Shown here: positions 37,233 through 50,900 of the stretch, piece after piece
Layout: each line of letters begins with the position of its first letter
How positions within the stretch are numbered: the first letter of the stretch is position 1
NCBI RefSeq assembly: GCF_009914755.1
Contig: NC_060930.1
Strand: one strand, 5' to 3'
DNA: 64,000 nucleotides
Source: the human T2T-CHM13v2.0 reference genome, Homo sapiens
Position numbers and translations under genes: made by a program
The notes under the pieces: model-generated
The model's input: the letters and a program-made list of their open reading frames with translations, nothing else
What the model was told of the DNA's origin: nothing
Databases searched by the model: none

Positions 37233-40200
37233 TCTCAGAAACTCCTTTGTGATGTGTGCATTCAATTCAAAGAGTGAAACCTCCCTTTTCACAGAGCAGT
37301 TTTGAAACACTGTTTTTGTAGGATTTCCAAGGGGATATTTATAGCGCATTGAGCCTACGGCGGAAAAAGAAACATCTTCCTATAAAAACTAGACAGAATA
37401 CTTCTCAGAATCTGCTTTGCGATGTGTGCGTTCAACTCACAGAGTAAAACTTTTCTTTTGATAGAGCAGTTTTGAAACACTCTTTTTGTAGTATTTGCAT
37501 GTGTATATTTAGAGCGCATTGAAGCCCACAGTAGAAAAGGAAATAACTTCACCTAAAACCTAGACAGAAGCAATCACAGAAACTACTTTGTGATGTGTAC
37601 ATTCAACTCACAGAGTGGAACTTTCCTCTTTATAGAGCAGTGTTGAAACACTCTTTTTGTAGAAACTGCAAGTGGATATTTGGACCTCTTTGAGGCCTTC
37701 GTTGGAAACGGGATTTCTTCCTATAACCCTAGACAGAAGAATTTTCAGAAACCTCATTGTGATGTGTGCGTTCATCTCACAGAGTGGAGTCTTCCGTTTG
37801 ATAGAGAAGTTTTGAAACCCTGTTCTTGTAGGATTTCCAAGTGGATATTTAGACCACTTTGAAGCCTATGATAGAAAAGGAAACATCTTCATGGAAAACA
37901 TAGATAGAATCATCCTCAGAAACAACTTTGTGATGTGTGCGTTGAACTCACCGTCTTTAACCTTTCTTTTGGTAGAGAAGTTTTGAAACACTCTCTTTGT
38001 AAAGTCTACAAGTGGATATTTTGAGCCCTTGGAGGCATTCTTTGGAAAAGGGAATGTCTTCACATAAAAGGCAGACGGAAGTGTTCTCAGAAACTGCTTT
38101 GTGATGTCTGTGTTCAACTCACAGAGTTTAACATTTCCTTTGATAGAGCGGTTTAGTAACCCTCTCTTTGTAGAATTTGGAAGTGTATACTAAGAGCGCT
38201 TTGAGGCCTATGGTAGAAAAGGAAATATCTTTCCATAAAAGCTAGACAGAAGCAATCTCAGAAACTCCTCTGTGATGTCTGCATTCAACTCACCGAGTGG
38301 AACATTCCTCTTGAGAGAGCAGTTTGGAAACACTCTTTCTGTAGAATCAGCTTGTTTGTATTTGGACCTCCTTGAGGCCTTCGTTGGAAACGGGTTTTCA
38401 TCTTATAAACCCAGACAGAAGAATTCTCAGAGTCTTCTTTGTGATGTGTGCTTTCAACTCACCGAGATAAAGATTTCTCTTGATAGAGCAATTTGGAAAC
38501 ACTCTTTTTGTAGAATTTGCAAGGGTACATTGAGAGCGCTTTCAGGCCTATGGTAGAAAAGGGAATATCTTTCCATAAAAGGTAGACAGAAGCAATCTCA
38601 GAAACTACTTTGTGATGTGTGCATTCAACTCACCGAGTGCAACGTTCCTCTTGACCGAGCAGTTTGGAAACATTGTTTCTGTAGAATCTGCAAGTGGATA
38701 TTTGGACCTCTTTGAGGCCTTCGTTGGAAACGGGATTTCTTCCTATAAACCCAGACAGAAGAATTCTCAGAGACTTCTTTGTGATGTGTGAATTCAACTC
38801 ACAGTGTGGATCCTTCCTTTTGATAGAGCAGTTTTGAAACCCTGTTTTTGTAGTATTTCCAAGCGGATATTTGGAACGCCTTGAAGCGTATGGTAGAAAA
38901 GGAAATATCTTCCCATAAAACCTAGACAGAACCAATCTCAGAAACGACTTTGTGATGTCTGCATTCAAGTCACAGAGTTGAACATTTCTCTTGATAGAGC
39001 AGTTTTGAAACCCTCTTTCTGAAGGATCTGCAAGTGGATATTTGGAACTCCTTTGGGTCTTCGTTGGAAACGGGATTTCTTCGTATAAATCTAGACAGAA
39101 GAATTCTCAGAAACTTCCTTGTGATGTGTGCATTCAACTCAGCGAGTGGCACCTTCCTTTGGATACAGCAGTTTTGAAACACTGTTTTTGTAGTATTTCC
39201 AAGCGGATATTTAGAGCGCCTTGAAGCCTATGCTAGAAATGGAAATATCTCCCCATAAAACCAAGACGGAAGCAATCTCAGAAACTAATGTGTGATGGCT
39301 GCATTCCACACACACGGTGGACCATTTCTCTTGATAGAGCAGTTTTGAAACACTCTTTCTGTAGAATCTGCAAGTGGATAATTGGACCTCCTAGAGGCCT
39401 TCGTTGGAAACGGGATTTCTTCATCTAAACCTACAGAGAAGTATTCTCAGTAACTTCTTCGGATGTGTGCATTCGACGCACAGAATGGAACATTCCCTTT
39501 GATAGAGCAGTTTTGAGACACCGTTTTTGTAGAATTCCCAAGTGGATATTTAGAGCACTTTGAAGTCTCTGCTAGAAAAGGAAACATCTTCATGTAAAAA
39601 GTAGATAGAATCGTTCTCAGAAAGTGCTTAGTGACGTGTGCGTTCAACTCACAGAGTTTAACGTTTCTTTTGATAGAGCGTTTCTGAAACACCCTTCTTG
39701 TAGTAGCTGCAAGTGGATATTTGGACCTATTGGAGGCCTTCTTTGGAAATGGGATTTCTTCATGTAACTCTAGATTGAAGAGTTCTCAGAAACTCCTTTG
39801 TGATGTGTGCATTCAATTCAAAGAGTGAAACCTCCCTTTTCACAGAGCAGTTTTGAAACACTGTTTTTGTAGGATTTCCAAGGGGATATTTATAGCGCAT
39901 TGAGCCTACGGCGGAAAAAGAAACATCTTCCTATAAAAACTAGACAGAATACTTCTCAGAATCTGCTTTGCGATGTGTGCGTTCAACTCACAGAGTAAAA
40001 CTTTTCTTTTGATAGAGCAGTTTTGAAACACTCTTTTTGTAGTATTTGCATGTGTATATTTAGAGCGCATTGAAGCCCACAGTAGAAAAGGAAATAACTT
40101 CACCTAAAACCTAGACAGAAGCAATCACAGAAACTACTTTGTGATGTGTACATTCAACTCACAGAGTGGAACTTTCCTCTTTATAGAGCAGTGTTGAAAC

Positions 40201-42334
40201 ACTCTTTTTGTAGAAACTGCAAGTGGATATTTGGACCTCTTTGAGGCCTTCGTTGGAAACGGGATTTCTTCCTATAACCCTAGACAGAAGAATTTTCAGA
40301 AACCTCATTGTGATGTGTGCGTTCATCTCACAGAGTGGAGTCTTCCGTTTGATAGAGAAGTTTTGAAACCCTGTTCTTGTAGGATTTCCAAGTGGATATT
40401 TAGACCACTTTGAAGCCTATGATAGAAAAGGAAACATCTTCATGGAAAACATAGATAGAATCATCCTCAGAAACAACTTTGTGATGTGTGCGTTGAACTC
40501 ACCGTCTTTAACCTTTCTTTTGGTAGAGAAGTTTTGAAACACTCTCTTTGTAAAGTCTACAAGTGGATATTTTGAGCCCTTGGAGGCATTCTTTGGAAAA
40601 GGGAATGTCTTCACATAAAAGGCAGACGGAAGTGTTCTCAGAAACTGCTTTGTGATGTCTGTGTTCAACTCACAGAGTTTAACATTTCCTTTGATAGAGC
40701 GGTTTAGTAACCCTCTCTTTGTAGAATTTGGAAGTGTATACTAAGAGCGCTTTGAGGCCTATGGTAGAAAAGGAAATATCTTTCCATAAAAGCTAGACAG
40801 AAGCAATCTCAGAAACTCCTCTGTGATGTCTGCATTCAACTCACCGAGTGGAACATTCCTCTTGAGAGAGCAGTTTGGAAACACTCTTTCTGTAGAATCA
40901 GCTTGTTTGTATTTGGACCTCCTTGAGGCCTTCGTTGGAAACGGGTTTTCATCTTATAAACCCAGACAGAAGAATTCTCAGAGTCTTCTTTGTGATGTGT
41001 GCTTTCAACTCACCGAGATAAAGATTTCTCTTGATAGAGCAATTTGGAAACACTCTTTTTGTAGAATTTGCAAGGGTACATTGAGAGCGCTTTCAGGCCT
41101 ATGGTAGAAAAGGGAATATCTTTCCATAAAAGGTAGACAGAAGCAATCTCAGAAACTACTTTGTGATGTGTGCATTCAACTCACCGAGTGCAACGTTCCT
41201 CTTGACCGAGCAGTTTGGAAACATTGTTTCTGTAGAATCTGCAAGTGGATATTTGGACCTCTTTGAGGCCTTCGTTGGAAACGGGATTTCTTCCTATAAA
41301 CCCAGACAGAAGAATTCTCAGAGACTTCTTTGTGATGTGTGAATTCAACTCACAGTGTGGATCCTTCCTTTTGATAGAGCAGTTTTGAAACCCTGTTTTT
41401 GTAGTATTTCCAAGCGGATATTTGGAACGCCTTGAAGCGTATGGTAGAAAAGGAAATATCTTCCCATAAAACCTAGACAGAACCAATCTCAGAAACGACT
41501 TTGTGATGTCTGCATTCAAGTCACAGAGTTGAACATTTCTCTTGATAGAGCAGTTTTGAAACCCTCTTTCTGAAGGATCTGCAAGTGGATATTTGGAACT
41601 CCTTTGGGTCTTCGTTGGAAACGGGATTTCTTCGTATAAATCTAGACAGAAGAATTCTCAGAAACTTCCTTGTGATGAGTGCATTCAACTCAGCGAGTGG
41701 CACCTTCCTTTGGATACAGCAGTTTTGAAACACTGTTTTTGTAGTATTTCCAAGCGGATATTTAGAGCGCCTTGAAGCCTATGCTAGAAATGGAAATATC
41801 TCCCCATAAAACCAAGACGGAAGCAATCTCAGAAACTAATGTGTGATGGCTGCATTCCACACACACGGTGGACCATTTCTCTTGATAGAGCAGTTTTGAA
41901 ACACTCTTTCTGTAGAATCTGCAAGTGGATAATTGGACCTCCTAGAGGCCTTCGTTGGAAACGGGATTTCTTCATCTAAACCTACAGAGAAGTATTCTCA
42001 GTAACTTCTTCGGATGTGTGCATTCGACGCACAGAATGGAACATTCCCTTTGATAGAGCAGTTTTGAGACACCGTTTTTGTAGAATTCCCAAGTGGATAT
42101 TTAGAGCACTTTGAAGTCTCTGCTAGAAAAGGAAACATCTTCATGTAAAAAGTAGATAGAATCGTTCTCAGAAAGTGCTTAGTGACGTGTGCGTTCAACT
42201 CACAGAGTTTAACGTTTCTTTTGATAGAGCGTTTCTGAAACACCCTTCTTGTAGTAGCTGCAAGTGGATATTTGGACCTATTGGAGGCCTTCTTTGGAAA
42301 TGGGATTTCTTCATGTAACTCTAGATTGAAGAAT
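37233..42334 (+). repeat. Two 15-mer HOR copies (starts 37233, 39784)
   Basis: Marker spacing of 2,551 bp. Confidence 0.95.
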
Positions 42335-45300
42335 TCTCAGAAACTCCTTTGTGATGTGTGCATTCAATTCAAAGAGTGAAACCTCTCTTTTCACAGAGCA
42401 GTTTTGAAACACTGTTTTTGTAGGATTTCCAAGGGGATATTTATAGCGCATTGAGCCTACGGCGGAAAAAGAAACATCTTCCTATAAAAACTAGACAGAA
42501 TACTTCTCAGAATCTGCTTTGCGATGTGTGCGTTCAACTCACAGAGTAAAACTTTTCTTTTGATAGAGCAGTTTTGAAACACTCTTTTTGTAGTATTTGC
42601 ATGTGTATATTTAGAGCGCATTGAAGCCCACAGTAGAAAAGGAAATAACTTCACCTAAAACCTAGACAGAAGCAATCTCAGAAACTACTTTGTGATGTGT
42701 ACATTCAACTCACAGAGTGGAACTTTCCTCTTTATAGAGCAGTGTTGAAACACTCTTTTTGTAGAAACTGCAAGTGGATATTTGGACCTCTTTGAGGCCT
42801 TCGTTGGAAACGGGATTTCTTCCTATAACCCTAGACAGAAGAATTTTCAGAAACCTCATTGTGATGTGTGCGTTCATCTCACAGAGTGGAGTCTTCCGTT
42901 TGATAGAGAAGTTTTGAAACCCTGTTCTTGTAGGATTTCCAAGTGGATATTTAGACCACTTTGAAGCCTATGATAGAAAAGGAAACATCTTCATGGAAAA
43001 CATAGATAGAATCATCCTCAGAAACAACTTTGTGATGTGTGCGTTGAACTCACCGTCTTTAACCTTTCTTTTGGTAGAGAAGTTTTGAAACACTCTCTTT
43101 GTAAAGTCTACAAGTGGATATTTTGAGCCCTTGGAGGCATTCTTTGGAAAAGGGAATGTCTTCACATAAAAGGCAGACGGAAGTGTTCTCAGAAACTGCT
43201 TTGTGATGTCTGTGTTCAACTCACAGAGTTTAACATTTCCTTTGATAGAGCGGTTTAGTAACCCTCTCTTTGTAGAATTTGGAAGTGTATACTAAGAGCG
43301 CTTTGAGGCCTATGGTAGAAAAGGAAATATCTTTCCATAAAAGCTAGACAGAAGCAATCTCAGAAACTCCTCTGTGATGTCTGCATTCAACTCACCGAGT
43401 GGAACATTCCTCTTGAGAGAGCAGTTTGGAAACACTCTTTCTGTAGAATCAGCTTGTTTGTATTTGGACCTCCTTGAGGCCTTCGTTGGAAACGGGTTTT
43501 CATCTTATAAACCCAGACAGAAGAATTCTCAGAGTCTTCTTTGTGATGTGTGCTTTCAACTCACCGAGATAAAGATTTCTCTTGATAGAGCAATTTGGAA
43601 ACACTCTTTTTGTAGAATTTGCAAGGGTACATTGAGAGCGCTTTCAGGCCTATGGTAGAAAAGGGAATATCTTTCCATAAAAGGTAGACAGAAGCAATCT
43701 CAGAAACTACTTTGTGATGTGTGCATTCAACTCACCGAGTGCAACGTTCCTCTTGACCGAGCAGTTTGGAAACATTGTTTCTGTAGAATCTGCAAGTGGA
43801 TATTTGGACCTCTTTGAGGCCTTCGTTGGAAACGGGATTTCTTCCTATAACCCCAGACAGAAGAATTCTCAGAGACTTCTTTGTGATGTGTGAATTCAAC
43901 TCACAGTGTGGATCCTTCCTTTTGATAGAGCAGTTTTGAAACCCTGTTTTTGTAGTATTTCCAAGCGGATATTTGGAACGCCTTGAAGCGTATGGTAGAA
44001 AAGGAAATATCTTCCCATAAAACCTAGACAGAACCAATCTCAGAAACGACTTTGTGATGTCTGCATTCAAGTCACAGAGTTGAACATTTCTCTTGATAGA
44101 GCAGTTTTGAAACCCTCTTTCTGAAGGATCTGCAAGTGGATATTTGGAACTCCTTTGGGTCTTCGTTGGAAACGGGATTTCTTCGTATAAATCTAGACAG
44201 AAGAATTCTCCGAAACTTCTTTGGTTGTGTGCATTCAAGTCACAGAGTGGAACCTTCCTTTGGATAGAGCAGTTTGAAACGCCGTGGTTGTAGTATTTCC
44301 AAGCGGATATTAGAGCGCCTTGAGGCCTATAGTAGAAAAGGAAATATCTTCCCATAAAACCTAGACGGAAGCAATCTCAGAAACTACTGTGTGATGGCTG
44401 CATTCCACACACACGGTGGAACATTTCTCTTGATAGAGCAGTTTTGAAACACTCTTTCTGTAGAATCTGCAAGTGGATAATTGGACCGCCTTGAGGCCTT
44501 CGTTGGAAACGGGATTTCTTCATGTTACTCTAGATAGAAGAATTCTCAAACACTGCTATGTGATGTTTGCATTCAAGTCACAGAGTGCAACATTCCTCTT
44601 GGTAGAGCAGTTGGGAAACACTCCTTTTGTAGAATCTGCAATGGGATATTTGGACTTCTTTGAGGCCTTCGTTGGAAACGGGATTTCTTCGTATGAATCT
44701 AGACAGAAGAATTCTCAGAAACTTCCTTGTGATGTGTGCATTCAACTCAGCGAGTGGCACCTTCCTTTGGATACAGCAGTTTTGAAACACTGTTTTTGTA
44801 GTATTTCCAAGCGGATATTTAGAGCGCCTTGAAGCCTATGCTAGAAATGGAAATATCTCCCCATAAAACCAAGACGGAAGCAATCTCAGAAACTAATGTG
44901 TGATGGCTGCATTCCACACACACGGTGGACCATTTCTCTTGATAGAGCAGTTTTGAAACACTCTTTCTGTAGAATCTGCAAGTGGATAATTGGACCTCCT
45001 AGAGGCCTTCGTTGGAAACGGGATTTCTTCATCTAAACCTACAGAGAAGAATTCTCAGTAACTTCTTCGGATGTGTGCATTCGACTCACAGAATGGAACA
45101 TTCCCTTTGATAGAGCAGTTTTGAGACACCGTTTTTGTAGAATTCCCAAGTGGATATTTAGAGCACTTTGAAGTCTCTGCTAGAAAAGGAAACATCTTCA
45201 TGTAAAAAGTAGATAGAATCGTTCTCAGAAAGTGCTTAGTGACGTGTGCGTTCAACTCACAGAGTTTAACGTTTCTTTTGATAGAGCGTTTCTGAAACAC

Positions 45301-45391
45301 CCTTCTTGTAGTAGCTGCAAGTGGATATTTGGACCTATTGGAGGCCTTCTTTGGAAATGGGATTTCTTCATGTAACTCTAGATTGAAGAGT
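42335..45391 (+). repeat. 18-mer HOR copy; extra monomers at 44211-44716
   Basis: Marker spacing 42457 to 45514 = 3,057. Confidence 0.95.
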
Positions 45392-47942
45392 TCTCAGAAA
45401 CTCCTTTGTGATGTGTGCATTCAATTCAAAGAGTGAAACCTCCCTTTTCACAGAGCAGTTTTGAAACACTGTTTTTGTAGGATTTCCAAGGGGATATTTA
45501 TAGCGCATTGAGCCTACGGCGGAAAAAGAAACATCTTCCTATAAAAACTAGACAGAATACTTCTCAGAATCTGCTTTGCGATGTGTGCGTTCAACTCACA
45601 GAGTAAAACTTTTCTTTTGATAGAGCAGTTTTGAAACACTCTTTTTGTAGTATTTGCATGTGTATATTTAGAGCGCATTGAAGCCCACAGTAGAAAAGGA
45701 AATAACTTCACCTAAAACCTAGACAGAAGCAATCACAGAAACTACTTTGTGATGTGTACATTCAACTCACAGAGTGGAACTTTCCTCTTTATAGAGCAGT
45801 GTTGAAACACTCTTTTTGTAGAAACTGCAAGTGGATATTTGGACCTCTTTGAGGCCTTCGTTGGAAACGGGATTTCTTCCTATAACCCTAGACAGAAGAA
45901 TTTTCAGAAACCTCATTGTGATGTGTGCGTTCATCTCACAGAGTGGAGTCTTCCGTTTGATAGAGAAGTTTTGAAACCCTGTTCTTGTAGGATTTCCAAG
46001 TGGATATTTAGACCACTTTGAAGCCTATGATAGAAAAGGAAACATCTTCATGGAAAACATAGATAGAATCATCCTCAGAAACAACTTTGTGATGTGTGCG
46101 TTGAACTCACCGTCTTTAACCTTTCTTTTGGTAGAGAAGTTTTGAAACACTCTCTTTGTAAAGTCTACAAGTGGATATTTTGAGCCCTTGGAGGCATTCT
46201 TTGGAAAAGGGAATGTCTTCACATAAAAGGCAGATGGAAGTGTTCTCAGAAACTGCTTTGTGATGTCTGTGTTCAACTCACAGAGTTTAACATTTCCTTT
46301 GATAGAGCGGTTTAGTAACCCTCTCTTTGTAGAATTTGGAAGTGTATACTAAGAGCGCTTTGAGGCCTATGGTAGAAAAGGAAATATCTTTCCATAAAAG
46401 CTAGACAGAAGCAATCTCAGAAACTCCTCTGTGATGTCTGCATTCAACTCACCGAGTGGAACATTCCTCTTGAGAGAGCAGTTTGGAAACACTCTTTCTG
46501 TAGAATCAGCTTGTTTGTATTTGGACCTCCTTGAGGCCTTCGTTGGAAACGGGTTTTCATCTTATAAACCCAGACAGAAGAATTCTCAGAGTCTTCTTTG
46601 TGATGTGTGCTTTCAACTCACCGAGATAAAGATTTCTCTTGATAGAGCAATTTGGAAACACTCTTTTTGTAGAATTTGCAAGGGTACATTGAGAGCGCTT
46701 TCAGGCCTATGGTAGAAAAGGGAATATCTTTCCATAAAAGGTAGACAGAAGCAATCTCAGAAACTACTTTGTGATGTGTGCATTCAACTCACCGAGTGCA
46801 ACGTTCCTCTTGACCGAGCAGTTTGGAAACATTGTTTCTGTAGAATCTGCAAGTGGATATTTGGACCTCTTTGAGGCCTTCGTTGGAAACGGGATTTCTT
46901 CCTATAAACCCAGACAGAAGAATTCTCAGAGACTTCTTTGTGATGTGTGAATTCAACTCACAGTGTGGATCCTTCCTTTTGATAGAGCAGTTTTGAAACC
47001 CTGTTTTTGTAGTATTTCCAAGCGGATATTTGGAACGCCTTGAAGCGTATGGTAGAAAAGGAAATATCTTCCCATAAAACCTAGACAGAACCAATCTCAG
47101 AAACGACTTTGTGATGTCTGCATTCAAGTCACAGAGTTGAACATTTCTCTTGATAGAGCAGTTTTGAAACCCTCTTTCTGAAGGATCTGCAAGTGGATAT
47201 TTGGAACTCCTTTGGGTCTTCGTTGGAAACGGGATTTCTTCGTATAAATCTAGACAGAAGAATTCTCAGAAACTTCCTTGTGATGTGTGCATTCAACTCA
47301 GCGAGTGGCACCTTCCTTTGGATACAGCAGTTTTGAAACACTGTTTTTGTAGTATTTCCAAGCGGATATTTAGAGCACCTTGAAGCCTATGCTAGAAATG
47401 GAAATATCTCCCCATAAAACCAAGACAGAAGCAATCTCAGAAACTAATGTGTGATGGCTGCATTCCACACACACGGTGGACCATTTCTCTTGATAGAGCA
47501 GTTTTGAAACACTCTTTCTGTAGAATCTGCAAGTGGATAATTGGACCTCCTAGAGGCCTTCGTTGGAAACGGGATTTCTTCATCTAAACCTACAGAGAAG
47601 TATTCTCAGTAACTTCTTCGGATGTGTGCATTCGACGCACAGAATGGAACATTCCCTTTGATAGAGCAGTTTTGAGACACCGTTTTTGTAGAATTCCCAA
47701 GTGGATATTTAGAGCACTTTGAAGTCTCTGCTAGAAAAGGAAACATCTTCATGTAAAAAGTAGATAGAATCGTTCTCAGAAAGTGCTTAGTGTCGTGTGC
47801 GTTCAACTCACAGAGTTTAACGTTTCTTTTGATAGAGCGTTTCTGAAACACCCTTCTTGTAGTAGCTGCAAGTGGATATTTGGACCTATTGGAGGCCTTC
47901 TTTGGAAATGGGATTTCTTCATGTAACTCTAGAGTGAAGAAT
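45392..47942 (+). repeat. Single 15-mer HOR copy
   Basis: Marker spacing 45514 to 48065 = 2,551. Confidence 0.95.
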
Positions 47943-50900
47943 TCTCAGAAACTCCTTTGTGATGTGTGCATTCAATTCAAAGAGTGAAACCTCTCTTTTC
48001 ACAGAGCAGTTTTGAAACACTGTTTTTGTAGGATTTCCAAGGGGATATTTATAGCGCATTGAGCCTACGGCGGAAAAAGAAACATCTTCCTATAAAAACT
48101 AGACAGAATACTTCTCAGAATCTGCTTTGCGATGTGTGCGTTCAACTCACAGAGTAAAACTTTTCTTTTGATAGAGCAGTTTTGAAACACTCTTTTTGTA
48201 GTATTTGCATGTGTATATTTAGAGCGCATTGAAGCCCACAGTAGAAAAGGAAATAACTTCACCTAAAACCTAGACAGAAGCAATCTCAGAAACTACTTTG
48301 TGATGTGTACATTCAACTCACAGAGTGGAACTTTCCTCTTTATAGAGCAGTGTTGAAACACTCTTTTTGTAGAAACTGCAAGTGGATATTTGGACCTCTT
48401 TGAGGCCTTCGTTGGAAACGGGATTTCTTCCTATAACCCTAGACAGAAGAATTTTCAGAAACCTCATTGTGATGTGTGCGTTCATCTCACAGAGTGGAGT
48501 CTTCCGTTTGATAGAGAAGTTTTGAAACCCTGTTCTTGTAGGATTTCCAAGTGGATATTTAGACCACTTTGAAGCCTATGATAGAAAAGGAAACATCTTC
48601 ATGGAAAACATAGATAGAATCATCCTCAGAAACAACTTTGTGATGTGTGCGTTGAACTCACCGTCTTTAACCTTTCTTTTGGTAGAGAAGTTTTGAAACA
48701 CTCTCTTTGTAAAGTCTACAAGTGGATATTTTGAGCCCTTGGAGGCATTCTTTGGAAAAGGGAATGTCTTCACATAAAAGGCAGACGGAAGTGTTCTCAG
48801 AAACTGCTTTGTGATGTCTGTGTTCAACTCACAGAGTTTAACATTTCCTTTGATAGAGCGGTTTAGTAACCCTCTCTTTGTAGAATTTGGAAGTGTATAC
48901 TAAGAGCGCTTTGAGGCCTATGGTAGAAAAGGAAATATCTTTCCATAAAAGCTAGACAGAAGCAATCTCAGAAACTCCTCTGTGATGTCTGCATTCAACT
49001 CACCGAGTGGAACATTCCTCTTGAGAGAGCAGTTTGGAAACACTCTTTCTGTAGAATCAGCTTGTTTGTATTTGGACCTCCTTGAGGCCTTCGTTGGAAA
49101 CGGGTTTTCATCTTATAAACCCAGACAGAAGAATTCTCAGAGTCTTCTTTGTGATGTGTGCTTTCAACTCACCGAGATAAAGATTTCTCTTGATAGAGCA
49201 ATTTGGAAACACTCTTTTTGTAGAATTTGCAAGGGTACATTGAGAGCGCTTTCAGGCCTATGGTAGAAAAGGGAATATCTTTCCATAAAAGGTAGACAGA
49301 AGCAATCTCAGAAACTACTTTGTGATGTGTGCATTCAACTCACCGAGTGCAACGTTCCTCTTGACCGAGCAGTTTGGAAACATTGTTTCTGTAGAATCTG
49401 CAAGTGGATATTTGGACCTCTTTGAGGCCTTCGTTGGAAACGGGATTTCTTCCTATAAACCCAGACAGAAGAATTCTCAGAGACTTCTTTGTGATGTGTG
49501 AATTCAACTCACAGTGTGGATCCTTCCTTTTGATAGAGCAGTTTTGAAACCCTGTTTTTGTAGTATTTCCAAGCGGATATTTGGAACGCCTTGAAGCGTA
49601 TGGTAGAAAAGGAAATATCTTCCCATAAAACCTAGACAGAACCAATCTCAGAAACGACTTTGTGATGTCTGCATTCAAGTCACAGAGTTGAACATTTCTC
49701 TTGATAGAGCAGTTTTGAAACCCTCTTTCTGAAGGATCTGCAAGTGGATATTTGGAACTCCTTTGGGTCTTCGTTGGAAACGGGATTTCTTCGTATAAAT
49801 CTAGACAGAAGAATTCTCCGAAACTTCTTTGGTTGTGTGCTTTCAAGTCACAGAGTGGAACCTTCCTTTGGATAGAGCAGTTTGAAATGCCGTGGTTGTA
49901 GTATTTCCAAGCGGATATTAGAGCGCCTTGAGGCCTATGGTAGAAAAGGAAATATCTTCCCATAAAACCTAGACGGAAGCAATCTCAGAAACTACTGTGT
50001 GATGGCTGCATTCCACACACACGGTGGAACATTTCTCTTGATAGAGCAGTTTTGAAACACTCTTTCTGTAGAATCTGCAAGTGGATAATTGGACCGCCTT
50101 GAGGCCTTCGTTGGAAACGGGATTTCTTCATGTTACTCTAGATAGAAGAATTCTCAAACACTGCTATGTGATGTTTGCATTCAAGTCACAGAGTGCAACA
50201 TTCCTCTTGGTAGAGCAGTTGGGAAACACTCCTTTTGTAGAATCTGCAATGGGATATTTGGACTTCTTTGAGGCCTTCGTTGGAAACGGGATTTCTTCGT
50301 ATGAATCTAGACAGAAGAATTCTCAGAAACTTCCTTGTGATGTGTGCATTCAACTCAGCGAGTGGCACCTTCCTTTGGATACAGCAGTTTTGAAACACTG
50401 TTTTTGTAGTATTTCCAAGCGGATATTTAGAGCGCCTTGAAGCCTATGCTAGAAATGGAAATATCTCCCCATAAAACCAAGACAGAAGCAATCTCAGAAA
50501 CTAATGTGTGATGGCTGCATTCCACACACACGGTGGACCATTTCTCTTGATAGAGCAGTTTTGAAACACTCTTTCTGTAGAATCTGCAAGTGGATAATTG
50601 GACCTCCTAGAGGCCTTCGTTGGAAACGGGATTTCTTCATCTAAACCTACAGAGAAGAATTCTCAGTAACTTCTTCGGATGTGTGCATTCGACTCACAGA
50701 ATGGAACATTCCCTTTGATAGAGCAGTTTTGAGACACCGTTTTTGTAGAATTCCCAAGTGGATATTTAGAGCACTTTGAAGTCTCTGCTAGAAAAGGAAA
50801 CATCTTCATGTAAAAAGTAGATAGAATCGTTCTCAGAAAGTGCTTAGTGACGTGTGCGTTCAACTCACAGAGTTTAACGTTTCTTTTGATAGAGCGTTTC

